A stretch of DNA of 64,000 nucleotides from contig CALSSD010000003.1 in NCBI GenBank assembly GCA_943788915.1, positions 198,663 through 262,662 on the forward strand, written 5' to 3'. The notes under the pieces were generated by a model that worked only from the letters and a program-made list of their open reading frames with translations, did no database searches and was not told where the DNA came from. Source of the stretch: an uncultured Acidimicrobiales bacterium. Lineage in GTDB: Bacteria; Actinomycetota; Acidimicrobiia; Acidimicrobiales; UBA10347. Both the position numbers and the translations under genes were made by a program. This document shows, piece after piece, positions 30,418-40,097 of this stretch; positions within the stretch are counted from its first letter, which is position 1; the number at the start of each line of letters is the position of its first letter.

Positions 30418-31281
30418 CTAGTCCTGTGCGGTACGGAAGTACTCCGGCTTGCCAAGAGGCCAGTACTCACCCCACACATGTTCGCCGCCGGTAATTTCGA
30501 GATGGGTGCCGGTGATGAAGTCCGCCGCCGGGCTCGCAAGATACGCAGCACCCTGGGCAACATCCCAGACATCGCCAAGTCGCCGCATGGGATTGTGACC
30601 AAAACTCGCCTTGGCCTCGGCGGGATACGTCTGTAGGCCTTCGCTGGCAACCACACCAACGGCAATCGAGTTGACCCGGATGTCATGAGGAGCCCACTCA
30701 ACGGACAGCGACCGAGTCAACGCTACCCCGCCGGCTCGTGCCGCTGCCGTGTGAGGAATACCGACCGAGGCTCTCCCTTGAACCGTCGAGATATTGATGA
30801 TGTTGCCCGGCTGCTCATCAGCGATCCAGCGCCGGGCTGCCTCTTGCATCATGTACCACGTGCCGTACAGGTTGGTTTCAACCACCGCAGCCCAGCCTTT
30901 TGGTGTGATGTCCAGCGCCTCGGCCGAGAACTGCCCGCCGGCATTGTTGATCACATGATCGATCCGGCCATGAGCCGACGTGGCCTGGTCAATCGCGGCT
31001 GCTACCGCGTCGGGATCTCGGACACTCATGGTCACCGTGTCACAGACGACGTCGATCGTGGCCAAGTCCGCTGATAGCCGGCTAAGTGACTCCTCGGTGC
31101 GTCCCGCGGCAACGATTGTCGCCCCTAATCTGCCGAACAGCACCGACATCGCTGTGCCGATACCTCCAGCTGCCCCGGTGATCAAAACCACCTGGTCGGC
31201 GAAGAGTTGGTCGTGGTAGACCAGCGGCAGGGCGCAGAGTTCCTCGAACGAGTGACTGTGATACGGATCGCGTTCGGCCAT
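30418..31281 (-). CDS. SDR oxidoreductase (dienoyl/trans-2-enoyl-CoA reductase-like)
   Basis: TGAAGGIG, NNAGGQF, HTAAARAG, EWA...IRVN. Confidence 0.88.
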   Translation of the reverse strand: MAERDPYHSHSFEELCALPLVYHDQLFADQVVLITGAAGGIGTAMSVLFGRLGATIVAAGRTEESLSRLSADLATIDVVCDTVTMSVRDPDAVAAAIDQATSAHGRIDHVINNAGGQFSAEALDITPKGWAAVVETNLYGTWYMMQEAARRWIADEQPGNIINISTVQGRASVGIPHTAAARAGGVALTRSLSVEWAPHDIRVNSIAVGVVASEGLQTYPAEAKASFGHNPMRRLGDVWDVAQGAAYLASPAADFITGTHLEITGGEHVWGEYWPLGKPEYFRTAQD

Positions 31282-31506
31282 GCCGCAACACTCGCGCCCT
31301 TAGGACCTACGCCGCAAGATGGAGACCCACCTGCCGGTCAACAAAGGGGTTTGCAATCGGCCGCGCTCGGCGCTCACTAGCGCACACCTGGCCTTGGATG
31401 CGATCGTCCTTATAGCTGAAAATTTCGACCTCGGGCGACACATGATACACGGATCGATCTCGCAACGGCTGCGGCCCAGCGAATCGAACGCGGCATACTG
31501 CTTTCG

Positions 31507-32963
31507 GTGGGTCTCCTCTCGGCTCGGCATAGGCCGCTGACCATCTCGCTTCTCGCAGCGACATCCCTCATCTCGTACAGCAATCTGTCGGTCTCCGCGG
31601 GCCTGCCGTCGATCGGTGACGATCTGGGCGACGTCGCTCTGCTGCCGTGGGTTATCACCGTCGAACTTTTGGCCGCAGCTATCGCAGTGTTGGGTATCGG
31701 GCCCGTTGTCGACAGCCACGGTGTGCGGCGCGTGTTTCGTATCGCGATGATTGCCTTCATCGCTGCATCTGTCGCTTGTGCCGCTGCACCCACCATGACC
31801 CTTCTTGTCGCAGCACGGGTCGGTCAGGGCATCGCAGCTGGTGGTGTCCTCGGCAGCGCCGTCTCAAGCATCGGGCTTGCCTACGAAGAGTCACTACGCC
31901 CCCGCGCCTATGCAGCCATCTCCGCAGTTTGGGGCATCATGGGTATCGGCGGACCAGCGGTGGCTGCGGTACTGATCAGTATCTTCGGCTGGCGATCGTT
32001 GTTCACCGTTTCCGTGCCAGTGGGAGCGGTCGCGACGGCAATTGGTTGGAACCATCTGCCAGGCCGTCGCGAAGAAAACGTCGCCGAACGCAGCTTCGAC
32101 CGCCGGGTCTCGTTGTTGTTGCACTGGTGACCATCGGCTTGTTGCTCGCTGCTTCCTCTGGCTCAATCTGGGGATTGCTGTGGTTTGGACTCGCCATTGG
32201 CTCAAGCGTGGTCTATGTGCGCCATGCTCGAAGCCACGACGATCCAGTTGTCCGGCTCAACCATCTGACCGGGCTGCGGTGGCGGTACATGCACATCACC
32301 TCAATGATGGCTGTTGCTGGCGGCACTGGCGCCAGCGCCTTTCTGCCCGTGTACCTGCGTGGGGCTCGAGGTGCGTCCGAGGGCGAGGCCGCCTTCTCGG
32401 TGCTGTTCTTAGTGATTGGTTGGTCGATCGCTGCCTTTGTCGCCAGCAAGGCCCAAGAGCGTTTTCACGCCGCATTCGTGGTCCAGGCCGGATCGGCCCT
32501 CTTGTTCACCTTTGCTGTCGCTGCCACTGCAGTAACTGCGTTCGAACTCCCCGTGGCCGTCTTGCTCGCCACCCTTTTTATGATGGGTTCAGGCATCGGC
32601 ACGATCACGACCGGTGGACTCACGTTGCTTCAGGGCCGAGCCAGTCCGACCGAAATGGGGCGGGTCACCTCTGCCCACCAGTTCCTCCGTTCACTCGGTT
32701 TCGCGTATGGCGCCGCCGTGGGTGGTGCGGTGTTGTTCTTTGTCGTCGCCCAGCAGATCGATGATGTTGAGGCGATTCGTGACTTGCTCGGGGGTGAGGA
32801 AGCTGCGCTAAATGAAGCTGCGGTCGCTGCCCTACAGGACGGATTTGTCTGGGCGCTAGCAGCAACCACCGTCTTCACGTTGATCACGGTGATTTCGGCA
32901 TTCAAACTGGTACGCAACCGCAGCAAGTATCCCGATCCCTCGGTTCTGGTGCGCCCGGTCTAA
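31507..32963 (+). CDS. MFS drug-efflux-type transporter (frameshift at ~32103)
   Basis: G.VVD..G.RR, R..QG, WRSLF; one added C gives FDRPGLVVVAL and joins ORFs 31507 and 31647. Confidence 0.82.
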
Positions 32964-32972
32964 CGTCGGGGG

Positions 32973-34139
32973 ATGCCGCTGTCGCATCTCACTGTGCTCG
33001 ATCTCACCCTGGCCCGAGCCGGACCTACCGCAGTGCGCCAGTTTGCTGACTGGGGCGCCAACGTCATTCGTATCGAGCCGCCGTCTCGAGGCGACTCGTT
33101 AACCGGCGACAACGAAGATGATCCCGACTTCCAAAACCTCCATCGCAACAAACGAGCCATCACGATCAATCTGAAGACACCCGAGGGCCTTGAACTGTTC
33201 ATGGAGCTCGCTACAAGTGCCGACGTGATCATCGAGAACATGCGCTCCGACGTCAAACATCGACTCGGCATCGACTACGACTCGGTCGCAGCAGTCAACC
33301 CTGGCATCGTCTATGGCTCCCTCTCCGGTTTCGGTCAGGATGGCCCCTACGCGACTCGGCCAGGCGTTGACCAGATCGCTCAGGGCATGGGCGGTCTCAT
33401 GTCCATCACTGGTATCCCCGGCCAGGGACCAGTGCGAGTCGGTATTCCCATCTCCGACCTCACCTCGGGTATGTATTTGGCGATGGGCTGCCTGACGGCG
33501 CTGCTTGAACGAGAACGGTCAGGCAAGGGCCAATGGGTCACGACCTCATTGCTCGAAGCACAGATCGCGATGCTTGACTTTCAGGCCGCCCGTTGGACGA
33601 TGAATGACGAGATCCCTTCGCAGGCCGGGAACGATCACCCGACCCTGATTCCGATGGGAACGTTCCCGACCTCCGACGGCCATATGAATTTGGCGGCCCC
33701 GAACACTGGCCGCTTCAGAGCGTTGTGCACCGCTATTGGAGCCAACGATCTTGCCGAGAACCCTGACTACGCAACCGGGCCGTTGCGATCGACCAATCGC
33801 AATGCCCTCAACGCGGCGCTAGCCGAACACACGACCAAACAGCCAACCGCACATTGGATCCGCGTGTTGAACGAGGTCAGTATCCCCTGCGGGCCAATCA
33901 ACAGTATCGACGAAACGTTCGCTGACCCGCAGGTGCAACACTTGGAAATGGCGACACCGGTAGAACATCCTCGGCTGGGTGAGATCAACATCGTTCGTCA
34001 CGCCGTATCGATGAGTCGCACACCCCACGACATCCACCGCCACGCACCCGGCACAGGTGAACACACCAACGAAGTACTGGCCGAATTTGGCCTCGGCCAT
34101 GACCGAATTGCAGCGCTGCGAGACAGCGGTGCCATCTAG
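32973..34139 (+). CDS. Family III CoA-transferase (CaiB/BaiF)
   Basis: VLDLT..AGP, HRNKR, ADV.IEN.R, SGFGQDGPY, catalytic Asp in PISD. Confidence 0.93.
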   Translation: MPLSHLTVLDLTLARAGPTAVRQFADWGANVIRIEPPSRGDSLTGDNEDDPDFQNLHRNKRAITINLKTPEGLELFMELATSADVIIENMRSDVKHRLGIDYDSVAAVNPGIVYGSLSGFGQDGPYATRPGVDQIAQGMGGLMSITGIPGQGPVRVGIPISDLTSGMYLAMGCLTALLERERSGKGQWVTTSLLEAQIAMLDFQAARWTMNDEIPSQAGNDHPTLIPMGTFPTSDGHMNLAAPNTGRFRALCTAIGANDLAENPDYATGPLRSTNRNALNAALAEHTTKQPTAHWIRVLNEVSIPCGPINSIDETFADPQVQHLEMATPVEHPRLGEINIVRHAVSMSRTPHDIHRHAPGTGEHTNEVLAEFGLGHDRIAALRDSGAI

Positions 34140-34154
34140 GAGATCTGTCTACTG

Positions 34155-34955
34155 ATGCAACTGGAACTCGAAACACCATTCATGCAGGCACACATCGCTG
34201 ACGGCGTGGGCTGGATGACGTTCAACAACCCTGACCGGCGCAACGCAATGAAGCTGGAGATGAATCGCGGGGTCGTGCAGATCCTAGAGCACTTCGATGC
34301 TTCCGACGAGGTCCGAGTCGTTGTCATGAGCGGCGCGGGCGACAAGGCGTTTGTCTCCGGAGCCGATATCTCCGAGTTCGACACCCATCGGTCGACCCCC
34401 GATGGCCGAGCGAACTTTGAACAAGCATGGAGCGCAGCGAACCAAGCGTTCGCGAGCCTGCAGAAGCCACTCATCGCCATGATTCGAGGCTTCTGTATAG
34501 GTGGCGGGCTCGCAACCGCACTCCAGGCCGACCTTCGGATCAGCGCCGACGACGGCCAATTCGGTATTCCTGCAGCCCGCCTCGGATTGGGTTACCAGTT
34601 CGCCGGCATCAAGAAGCTGGTGCACATCGTTGGACCAACCATGGCCGCCGAAGTCATGCTGACGGCCCGCAAGTTCAACGCCACCGAAGCCGTCGACATG
34701 GGCCTCATCAATCGAGTGGTGCCGGTCGACGACCTGGTCAACGAGGTAACAGCGCTCGCTGCCACCATTGCGGCGAATGCGCCAATGACCGTGCAGGCGG
34801 CCAAGGCCTCGGTGCTCGAGACGTTCAAAGATCCCGCCCACCAAGACGCAGACCGCATAAATGCACTCGTCGAGGCGTGTTTCCAAAGCGATGACTATGT
34901 CGAGGGGCGCACTGCGTTCATGGAAAAGCGCACTCCACAATTCAATGGAAAGTAG
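34155..34955 (+). CDS. Enoyl-CoA hydratase/isomerase family protein
   Basis: P.RRNA, AFVSGADISE, KPLIA.I.G.C.GGG, DLRI. Confidence 0.92.
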   Translation: MQLELETPFMQAHIADGVGWMTFNNPDRRNAMKLEMNRGVVQILEHFDASDEVRVVVMSGAGDKAFVSGADISEFDTHRSTPDGRANFEQAWSAANQAFASLQKPLIAMIRGFCIGGGLATALQADLRISADDGQFGIPAARLGLGYQFAGIKKLVHIVGPTMAAEVMLTARKFNATEAVDMGLINRVVPVDDLVNEVTALAATIAANAPMTVQAAKASVLETFKDPAHQDADRINALVEACFQSDDYVEGRTAFMEKRTPQFNGK

Positions 34956-34961
34956 AAACAA

Positions 34962-35741
34962 ATGCAAGTAACCGACCGAGTATGTGTGGTGACCGGCGGA
35001 GGCAGTGGCATCGGCAAAGCGTTGTGTGAGCGCTTCGCCGCCGACGGGGCCCGCAAAGTGATCGTGGTTGACCGAGCTGCGGACAATGCCACAGCTGTTG
35101 CCGACGCGATCGGAGGTGACGCCGAGGTCGTCGACGTTGGCGACGAGACCGAGATCACCGAGATGTTGCTCCGGGTAGAAGACACCTATGGCCCCATCGA
35201 TGTCCTCTGCAACAACGCTGGCATTGCGTCGGGAGGGAATCCCCTCGACACACCGATCGACGAGTGGCAACGTCAGTGGGACATCAATGTGATGAGCCAC
35301 GTTTATGCAATTCGTGCGGTGTTGCCGTCGATGCTGGCCCGAGGCGAAGGCCACATCCAGCACACAGCATCGATGGCTGGAATCCTGACCAGTCACGGCA
35401 ATGCACCGTATGCCACCAGCAAACATGCGGTCGTGGGCCTGGCTGAATGGATGTCGATCACGTATCACGACAAGGGCATCCGCACCTATCTACTGGCACC
35501 TCTCGGCGTGCGCACGCCTATGTTGCCTGATGCCGACAGCGAGTGGGCCCGCACCGCCGCTGGACCACTCAAGGATCCCGAAGAGGTGGCCCAGCAGGTC
35601 ACCAAGGCGTTTGCCGAGGAACGGTTCTTGATCTTGACCGACGAGATCGCTCAAGGCTGGATGGAGTTCAAGACAAACGACAACGAGAAGTGGCTGACCG
35701 GCATGCGCAAGATGCAACGCCGCATCGAGGCCGCCGACTAG
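34962..35741 (+). CDS. SDR oxidoreductase
   Basis: TGGGSGIG, NNAGI, TAS.AG, YATSK. Confidence 0.92.
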   Translation: MQVTDRVCVVTGGGSGIGKALCERFAADGARKVIVVDRAADNATAVADAIGGDAEVVDVGDETEITEMLLRVEDTYGPIDVLCNNAGIASGGNPLDTPIDEWQRQWDINVMSHVYAIRAVLPSMLARGEGHIQHTASMAGILTSHGNAPYATSKHAVVGLAEWMSITYHDKGIRTYLLAPLGVRTPMLPDADSEWARTAAGPLKDPEEVAQQVTKAFAEERFLILTDEIAQGWMEFKTNDNEKWLTGMRKMQRRIEAAD

Positions 35742-36796
35742 GCCCGAGTAGCGTCAGGCTCGGCGTGCCATTCCAGCACAAGGAACGCGCCGAGACCATC
35801 GCGATCGGTGAGTGCTTCGGCCTCGCCGATCGCGCTGCGGGCGGCAATGGCTTGCAGATCGCCGATGTGCGCTCGTTCGGTCCAGACCTGTCGAGCAGCT
35901 TCGACTCGATCACCCATGCCGTTGGCGGCAAGCCAGTCAGCCTGGGTCTGCTGGAGATACGGCGTCGGCAGCTGATCGGTGGGAACGTCGTGGGTGATAT
36001 CGCGCTGGCCGATCTGGTCCAGTGGATCATGACCCCGGGTGTGGGCTGCGTAGGTGCGTAGCCACGATGCCTGTCCTCGCTCCGCTAGTTCAGCAGTAGT
36101 AGCGGCGTAGTCGAACACCAGCACCCGGCGTGCCAGGACGCATGCATCAGCAACCCAAGCCCTCGCTTCAGACGCCACAGGGACCCGATCGGACAGCGCC
36201 GCATCGGGAGCTAACCCGGTCAGATGGTCGAGCGCCGGATCAGGTTGTTGAACTTGCAGCGATAGCTCCGAAAGGCCCAGGCCAATATGCACCGGAGCCC
36301 ACCCACCCTCGACCCGTTCCGCAATCCCAAACGCCAGGTTGTCTAAGAGCTCGTTCGCCACGACGACATGTTGGGACGCTTTGGGTAGTTCACCAGAAGA
36401 ACGCCACCGCTCGGTCGGCAGTGACTGATGGGCTACCCGCATCGCTGCTGACCGCTCAACCAAGGTGTAGGTCAGCGACTCGAGACACGCTGGCTTGGCT
36501 CGATTGATGCCACGGAACAACGTGCCGACACCAGCGCCGACTTCGGCGACACGGAAGTCGGACGGCTCCCCTTCGTCGCGCCAGGCTGCGTCCAACCAGT
36601 CAGCGATCACCGCAGCAAACAGCGGGCCGATCTCCACGCTTGTCACGAAGTCGCCCCGACGACCACCGGCTTGGCCGTGGGTCGCATAGAAACCGCGATC
36701 AGGGTCATACAACGCCCGATCGACAAACCGCTCGAAGGGCATCGGTCCAGCCGCGTCGATCTCTGCGACTAACACCGCGTTGAGGTCGACCATCAT
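35738..36796 (-). CDS. MidA/NDUFAF7-family SAM-dependent methyltransferase
   Basis: GPMPF..F...LY.P..GFY; GDFVTSVE; EVGAG.G; ANELLD; DIT.DV. Confidence 0.88.
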   Translation of the reverse strand: MMVDLNAVLVAEIDAAGPMPFERFVDRALYDPDRGFYATHGQAGGRRGDFVTSVEIGPLFAAVIADWLDAAWRDEGEPSDFRVAEVGAGVGTLFRGINRAKPACLESLTYTLVERSAAMRVAHQSLPTERWRSSGELPKASQHVVVANELLDNLAFGIAERVEGGWAPVHIGLGLSELSLQVQQPDPALDHLTGLAPDAALSDRVPVASEARAWVADACVLARRVLVFDYAATTAELAERGQASWLRTYAAHTRGHDPLDQIGQRDITHDVPTDQLPTPYLQQTQADWLAANGMGDRVEAARQVWTERAHIGDLQAIAARSAIGEAEALTDRDGLGAFLVLEWHAEPDATRA

Positions 36797-36849
36797 CGAG
36801 ACATTCTGCCTGCCATCAAACCGTTGCGGACTGCCTCATTCGCCTGGCG

Positions 36850-36880
36850 AAAAGTTACGTCCCCAGGGGACGTAACTTTT
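36850..36880. terminator. Intrinsic terminator after nuoN
   Basis: AAAAGTTACGTCCCC-A-GGGGACGTAACTTTT, a perfect inverted repeat with A/T tails. Confidence 0.8.
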
Positions 36881-36882
36881 GA

Positions 36883-38427
36883 TCAGCCAGCAGCCGCATT
36901 TTCGAGAACGAGTTGTGGAATGGCATCACCGACGAGGTCAACGAGCCAATCAGCGAAGATGCCGAAGAACACGGTGAACACCACAGTGATCCCGATGGTC
37001 AACACCGCACTGCGAGGAATCGGCTCGCGCCCGCTTGCAGCGGCGTCGGCTTCTTCGCCGTCGCTGTACATGGCCAGCACGATCCGCAGATAGAGGAAGG
37101 CCCCAACGACCGCAGCCAACATGGCGACAATGGCGAGCAGATAGTTCTTGGACTCGATAGCTGAGCCAATCACGAAGAACTTGCCGAGGAAACCCGTAGT
37201 GAATGGCACGCCAGCTTGAGCCAACAACAGAATCGTGAACGCCAAGGCAAGCACCGGCTTGCGCGACGCCAGTCCCTTGTAGTCGCTCAGAGAATGGGCG
37301 GCGTCGCCCTTCGGCGCCGCCACTGAGATCACGGCAAAGCTGCCAAGAGCGATAAAGGTGTAGGCAGCTAGGTAGTACAACGCTGCCGTCATGCCGCTGT
37401 CGCTCGCCGCCTCGACACCCACCAGGATGAACCCGGCGTGGCTGATCGACGAGTAGGCCAGCATGCGCTTGACGTTGTCCTGCACGATACCCACGACGGA
37501 TCCGTAGATCATCGACAGCACGGCGAGCACAAAGATCATCGGCGCCCAGTCGTCGGCCAGAGCGTCGGCACCGAGCGTCAGATTAAAGACCCGCAATAAG
37601 CCAGCGAAGCCGGCGACCTTCACTGCCGAGGCCATGAAGGAAACAGTTGCGCTGGGTGCACCGTCGTAGACGTCGGGTGTCCACGAGTGGAACGGAACTG
37701 CCGCGACCTTGAAACCGAAACCAACAAGCAGTAACGCCATGCCTCCGTAGAGCAGCCCGGTGTCACCGCGGGCGACAAGCTCATCGGAGTAGTTGCGGAT
37801 GTGGACCAGGCTGGTGCTTCCGGTGGCGCCGTACATAAGTGCGATGCCGTAGAGGAGGAACGCCGAGGCAAATGCACCCAGGATGAAGTACTTAATACCT
37901 GCTTCCTGGGACTCGGCTCGACGTACATGGCTGGCAGCCAGGATGTAGACCGCAATCGACAAGACTTCGAGACCAAGAAACAACACGATCAGATCGTTTG
38001 CGCCTGCCATGACAATGCCGCCAGCAGCCGACAACATGAGAAGCACAAAGAACTCGGCCGAATTCACGTCTTCTCGGTCGAGATAGTCGTGCGCAAAGAT
38101 CGCAGTGAGTGTGACCGCTGATGCGATCAGCATGGTCAGCAACATGGAGAAGCCATCGACGGCATAGGCGCTGGCCAACGTCGAGAAGCCCGGTGTTTCG
38201 TCTCCGCTCACCATGCCCCACTGGATAGCCGCAGCCACGATCGTGCCGATACCGGCCAAGGCGGCAACGATCGACGGAGTCCGCCGAGGTGCAACATGTG
38301 AGGTCAGTGACCACACCGTCAAGAAGACCAGCGGCACACCAGCCATGACCAGCAACGGCGACAGGCCACCCCAGTTCACGTCGGGGAAGGCGAAAGTATC
38401 GCCGCCGTCTTGCAACAAGAGAATCAT
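36883..38427 (-). CDS. nuoN: Complex I subunit N (14-subunit cluster)
   Basis: EAGIKYF; FKVAAVPFHSWTPDVYDGAP; KRMLAYSSISHAG. Confidence 0.95.
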   Translation of the reverse strand: MILLLQDGGDTFAFPDVNWGGLSPLLVMAGVPLVFLTVWSLTSHVAPRRTPSIVAALAGIGTIVAAAIQWGMVSGDETPGFSTLASAYAVDGFSMLLTMLIASAVTLTAIFAHDYLDREDVNSAEFFVLLMLSAAGGIVMAGANDLIVLFLGLEVLSIAVYILAASHVRRAESQEAGIKYFILGAFASAFLLYGIALMYGATGSTSLVHIRNYSDELVARGDTGLLYGGMALLLVGFGFKVAAVPFHSWTPDVYDGAPSATVSFMASAVKVAGFAGLLRVFNLTLGADALADDWAPMIFVLAVLSMIYGSVVGIVQDNVKRMLAYSSISHAGFILVGVEAASDSGMTAALYYLAAYTFIALGSFAVISVAAPKGDAAHSLSDYKGLASRKPVLALAFTILLLAQAGVPFTTGFLGKFFVIGSAIESKNYLLAIVAMLAAVVGAFLYLRIVLAMYSDGEEADAAASGREPIPRSAVLTIGITVVFTVFFGIFADWLVDLVGDAIPQLVLENAAAG

Positions 38428-40097
38428 TCGTCGTCCCCAGAGTGCTCGTCGCCAGCATCGTCGCCATGATCTTCTTCGCGCTGTGACTTCTCAGCGCTGT
38501 GATCTTCGCCATCTTTAGCGTGTTCGACTTCGATATCGGCCCAACCATCGCCTTGGCGGTTTTCGTTGACTGGTTCGGTGAACCCATCGACGTTCGCCTC
38601 GATATGAGCGACAAGGACATCGATCGAAGGTTCCATGCGATCAATGACCGGCTTGGGGTAGATACCCATGAACACGATCGCAGCGATGAACGGCACCATG
38701 ATGGCGATCTCGCGGAAGTTCAGATCCTTGGTCTCGGCATTCTCTTCGGTGATAGGTCCGTGGAACACCCGTTGGTAGGCCCACAGCAGATAGAGCGAGG
38801 CCAGGATCACACCGGTTGCGGCCGCAACAGCCCACCATCGGTGCGCTACGAACGCCCCAACGAGAATCAGGAATTCGCCAACGAAGCCGTTCAGACCAGG
38901 CAGGCCAATCGAACTCAGCATGACCAGGGTGAACATGGCGGCCATAATCGGTGCGACCTTTTGCAGGCCACCGAGTTTGGCAATTTCACGGGTGTGACGT
39001 CGTTCGTAGATCCAGCCGACCAGCAAGAACAATGCACCGGTGGACACACCGTGGTTGACCATCTGCAAGATGCCACCAGTGATGCCTTCGCTGTTGAGCG
39101 AGAACGTGCCCAAGATGATGAACCCAAGGTGGGCAACCGATGAGTACGCAACCAGGCGCTTCAGGTCCTTCTGCATGGTCGCAACAATGGCCCCATAGAT
39201 GATGCCGATGACACCAAGGGTCAAGAAGACCGGAGCGAAATAGTGCGATGCCTCGGGGAACAGATAGAGGCCGAAACGCAGGAAGCCGTAGGTACCCAGC
39301 TTGAGCATGACACCGGCCAGGATGACCGAACCGGCAGTGGGTGCCTCGGTATGGGCATCGGGTAGCCAGGTGTGTAGCGGGAAGATCGGAACCTTGACCG
39401 CAAACGCAACCGCAAACGACAAGAAGATCCATCGAGCAGCGTTGGTGCCAACAGCGTCGGAGGCGGCCAACTCTCGGATGTCAAACGTCAGGTCATTGCC
39501 CGGAGCCTTGGCATGGAGCCAGACCAGGCTAAGCATGCCGACCAGCATGAGCGCCGAACCGAGCATGGTGTAGATGAAGAACTTCATGGCCGCGTAGTGG
39601 CGGTTTCCGTGACCCCAGTTAGCGATCAAGAAATACATCGGCACGAGCACGATCTCGAAGAACACAAAGAACATGAACAGGTCGAGTGCAACGAACACAC
39701 CAAGACAACCGGTCTGCAGAACCAGCAGCCACGCGTAGTACGGCTTGGGACTGTGCTCGGGAATGACGGCGTAGATCGCCAATGGAAACAGCAACACGGT
39801 CAGCACGATGAGCCACAGCGAGATGCCGTCGACCCCCGCCAACCAGCTGATGCCGAGCGACTCGATCCATGACTGTGAACTCAGGTTCTGGAACGTGCCA
39901 TCGGTGGCATCGAAGTTCCACAGGAGATAGATACCGAGCGCAGCCGTCATGACCGTGGTCATCAGCGCAATGATCCGAGCTGTTTCGCTTCGGGTTGAAG
40001 GAGTGAGTGCGATGGCCAGTGCCCCAAATACGGGCAGTACGACCAGGACGGGCAGGAGAGGGAAAGTGCCACCTGCGGCAAGTACGACAGACATCAT
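38424..40097 (-). CDS. nuoM: Complex I subunit M
   Basis: KVPIFPLHTWLPDAHTEAPT; LKLGTYG; GLPGLNGFVGE. Confidence 0.95.
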   Translation of the reverse strand: MMSVVLAAGGTFPLLPVLVVLPVFGALAIALTPSTRSETARIIALMTTVMTAALGIYLLWNFDATDGTFQNLSSQSWIESLGISWLAGVDGISLWLIVLTVLLFPLAIYAVIPEHSPKPYYAWLLVLQTGCLGVFVALDLFMFFVFFEIVLVPMYFLIANWGHGNRHYAAMKFFIYTMLGSALMLVGMLSLVWLHAKAPGNDLTFDIRELAASDAVGTNAARWIFLSFAVAFAVKVPIFPLHTWLPDAHTEAPTAGSVILAGVMLKLGTYGFLRFGLYLFPEASHYFAPVFLTLGVIGIIYGAIVATMQKDLKRLVAYSSVAHLGFIILGTFSLNSEGITGGILQMVNHGVSTGALFLLVGWIYERRHTREIAKLGGLQKVAPIMAAMFTLVMLSSIGLPGLNGFVGEFLILVGAFVAHRWWAVAAATGVILASLYLLWAYQRVFHGPITEENAETKDLNFREIAIMVPFIAAIVFMGIYPKPVIDRMEPSIDVLVAHIEANVDGFTEPVNENRQGDGWADIEVEHAKDGEDHSAEKSQREEDHGDDAGDEHSGDDE

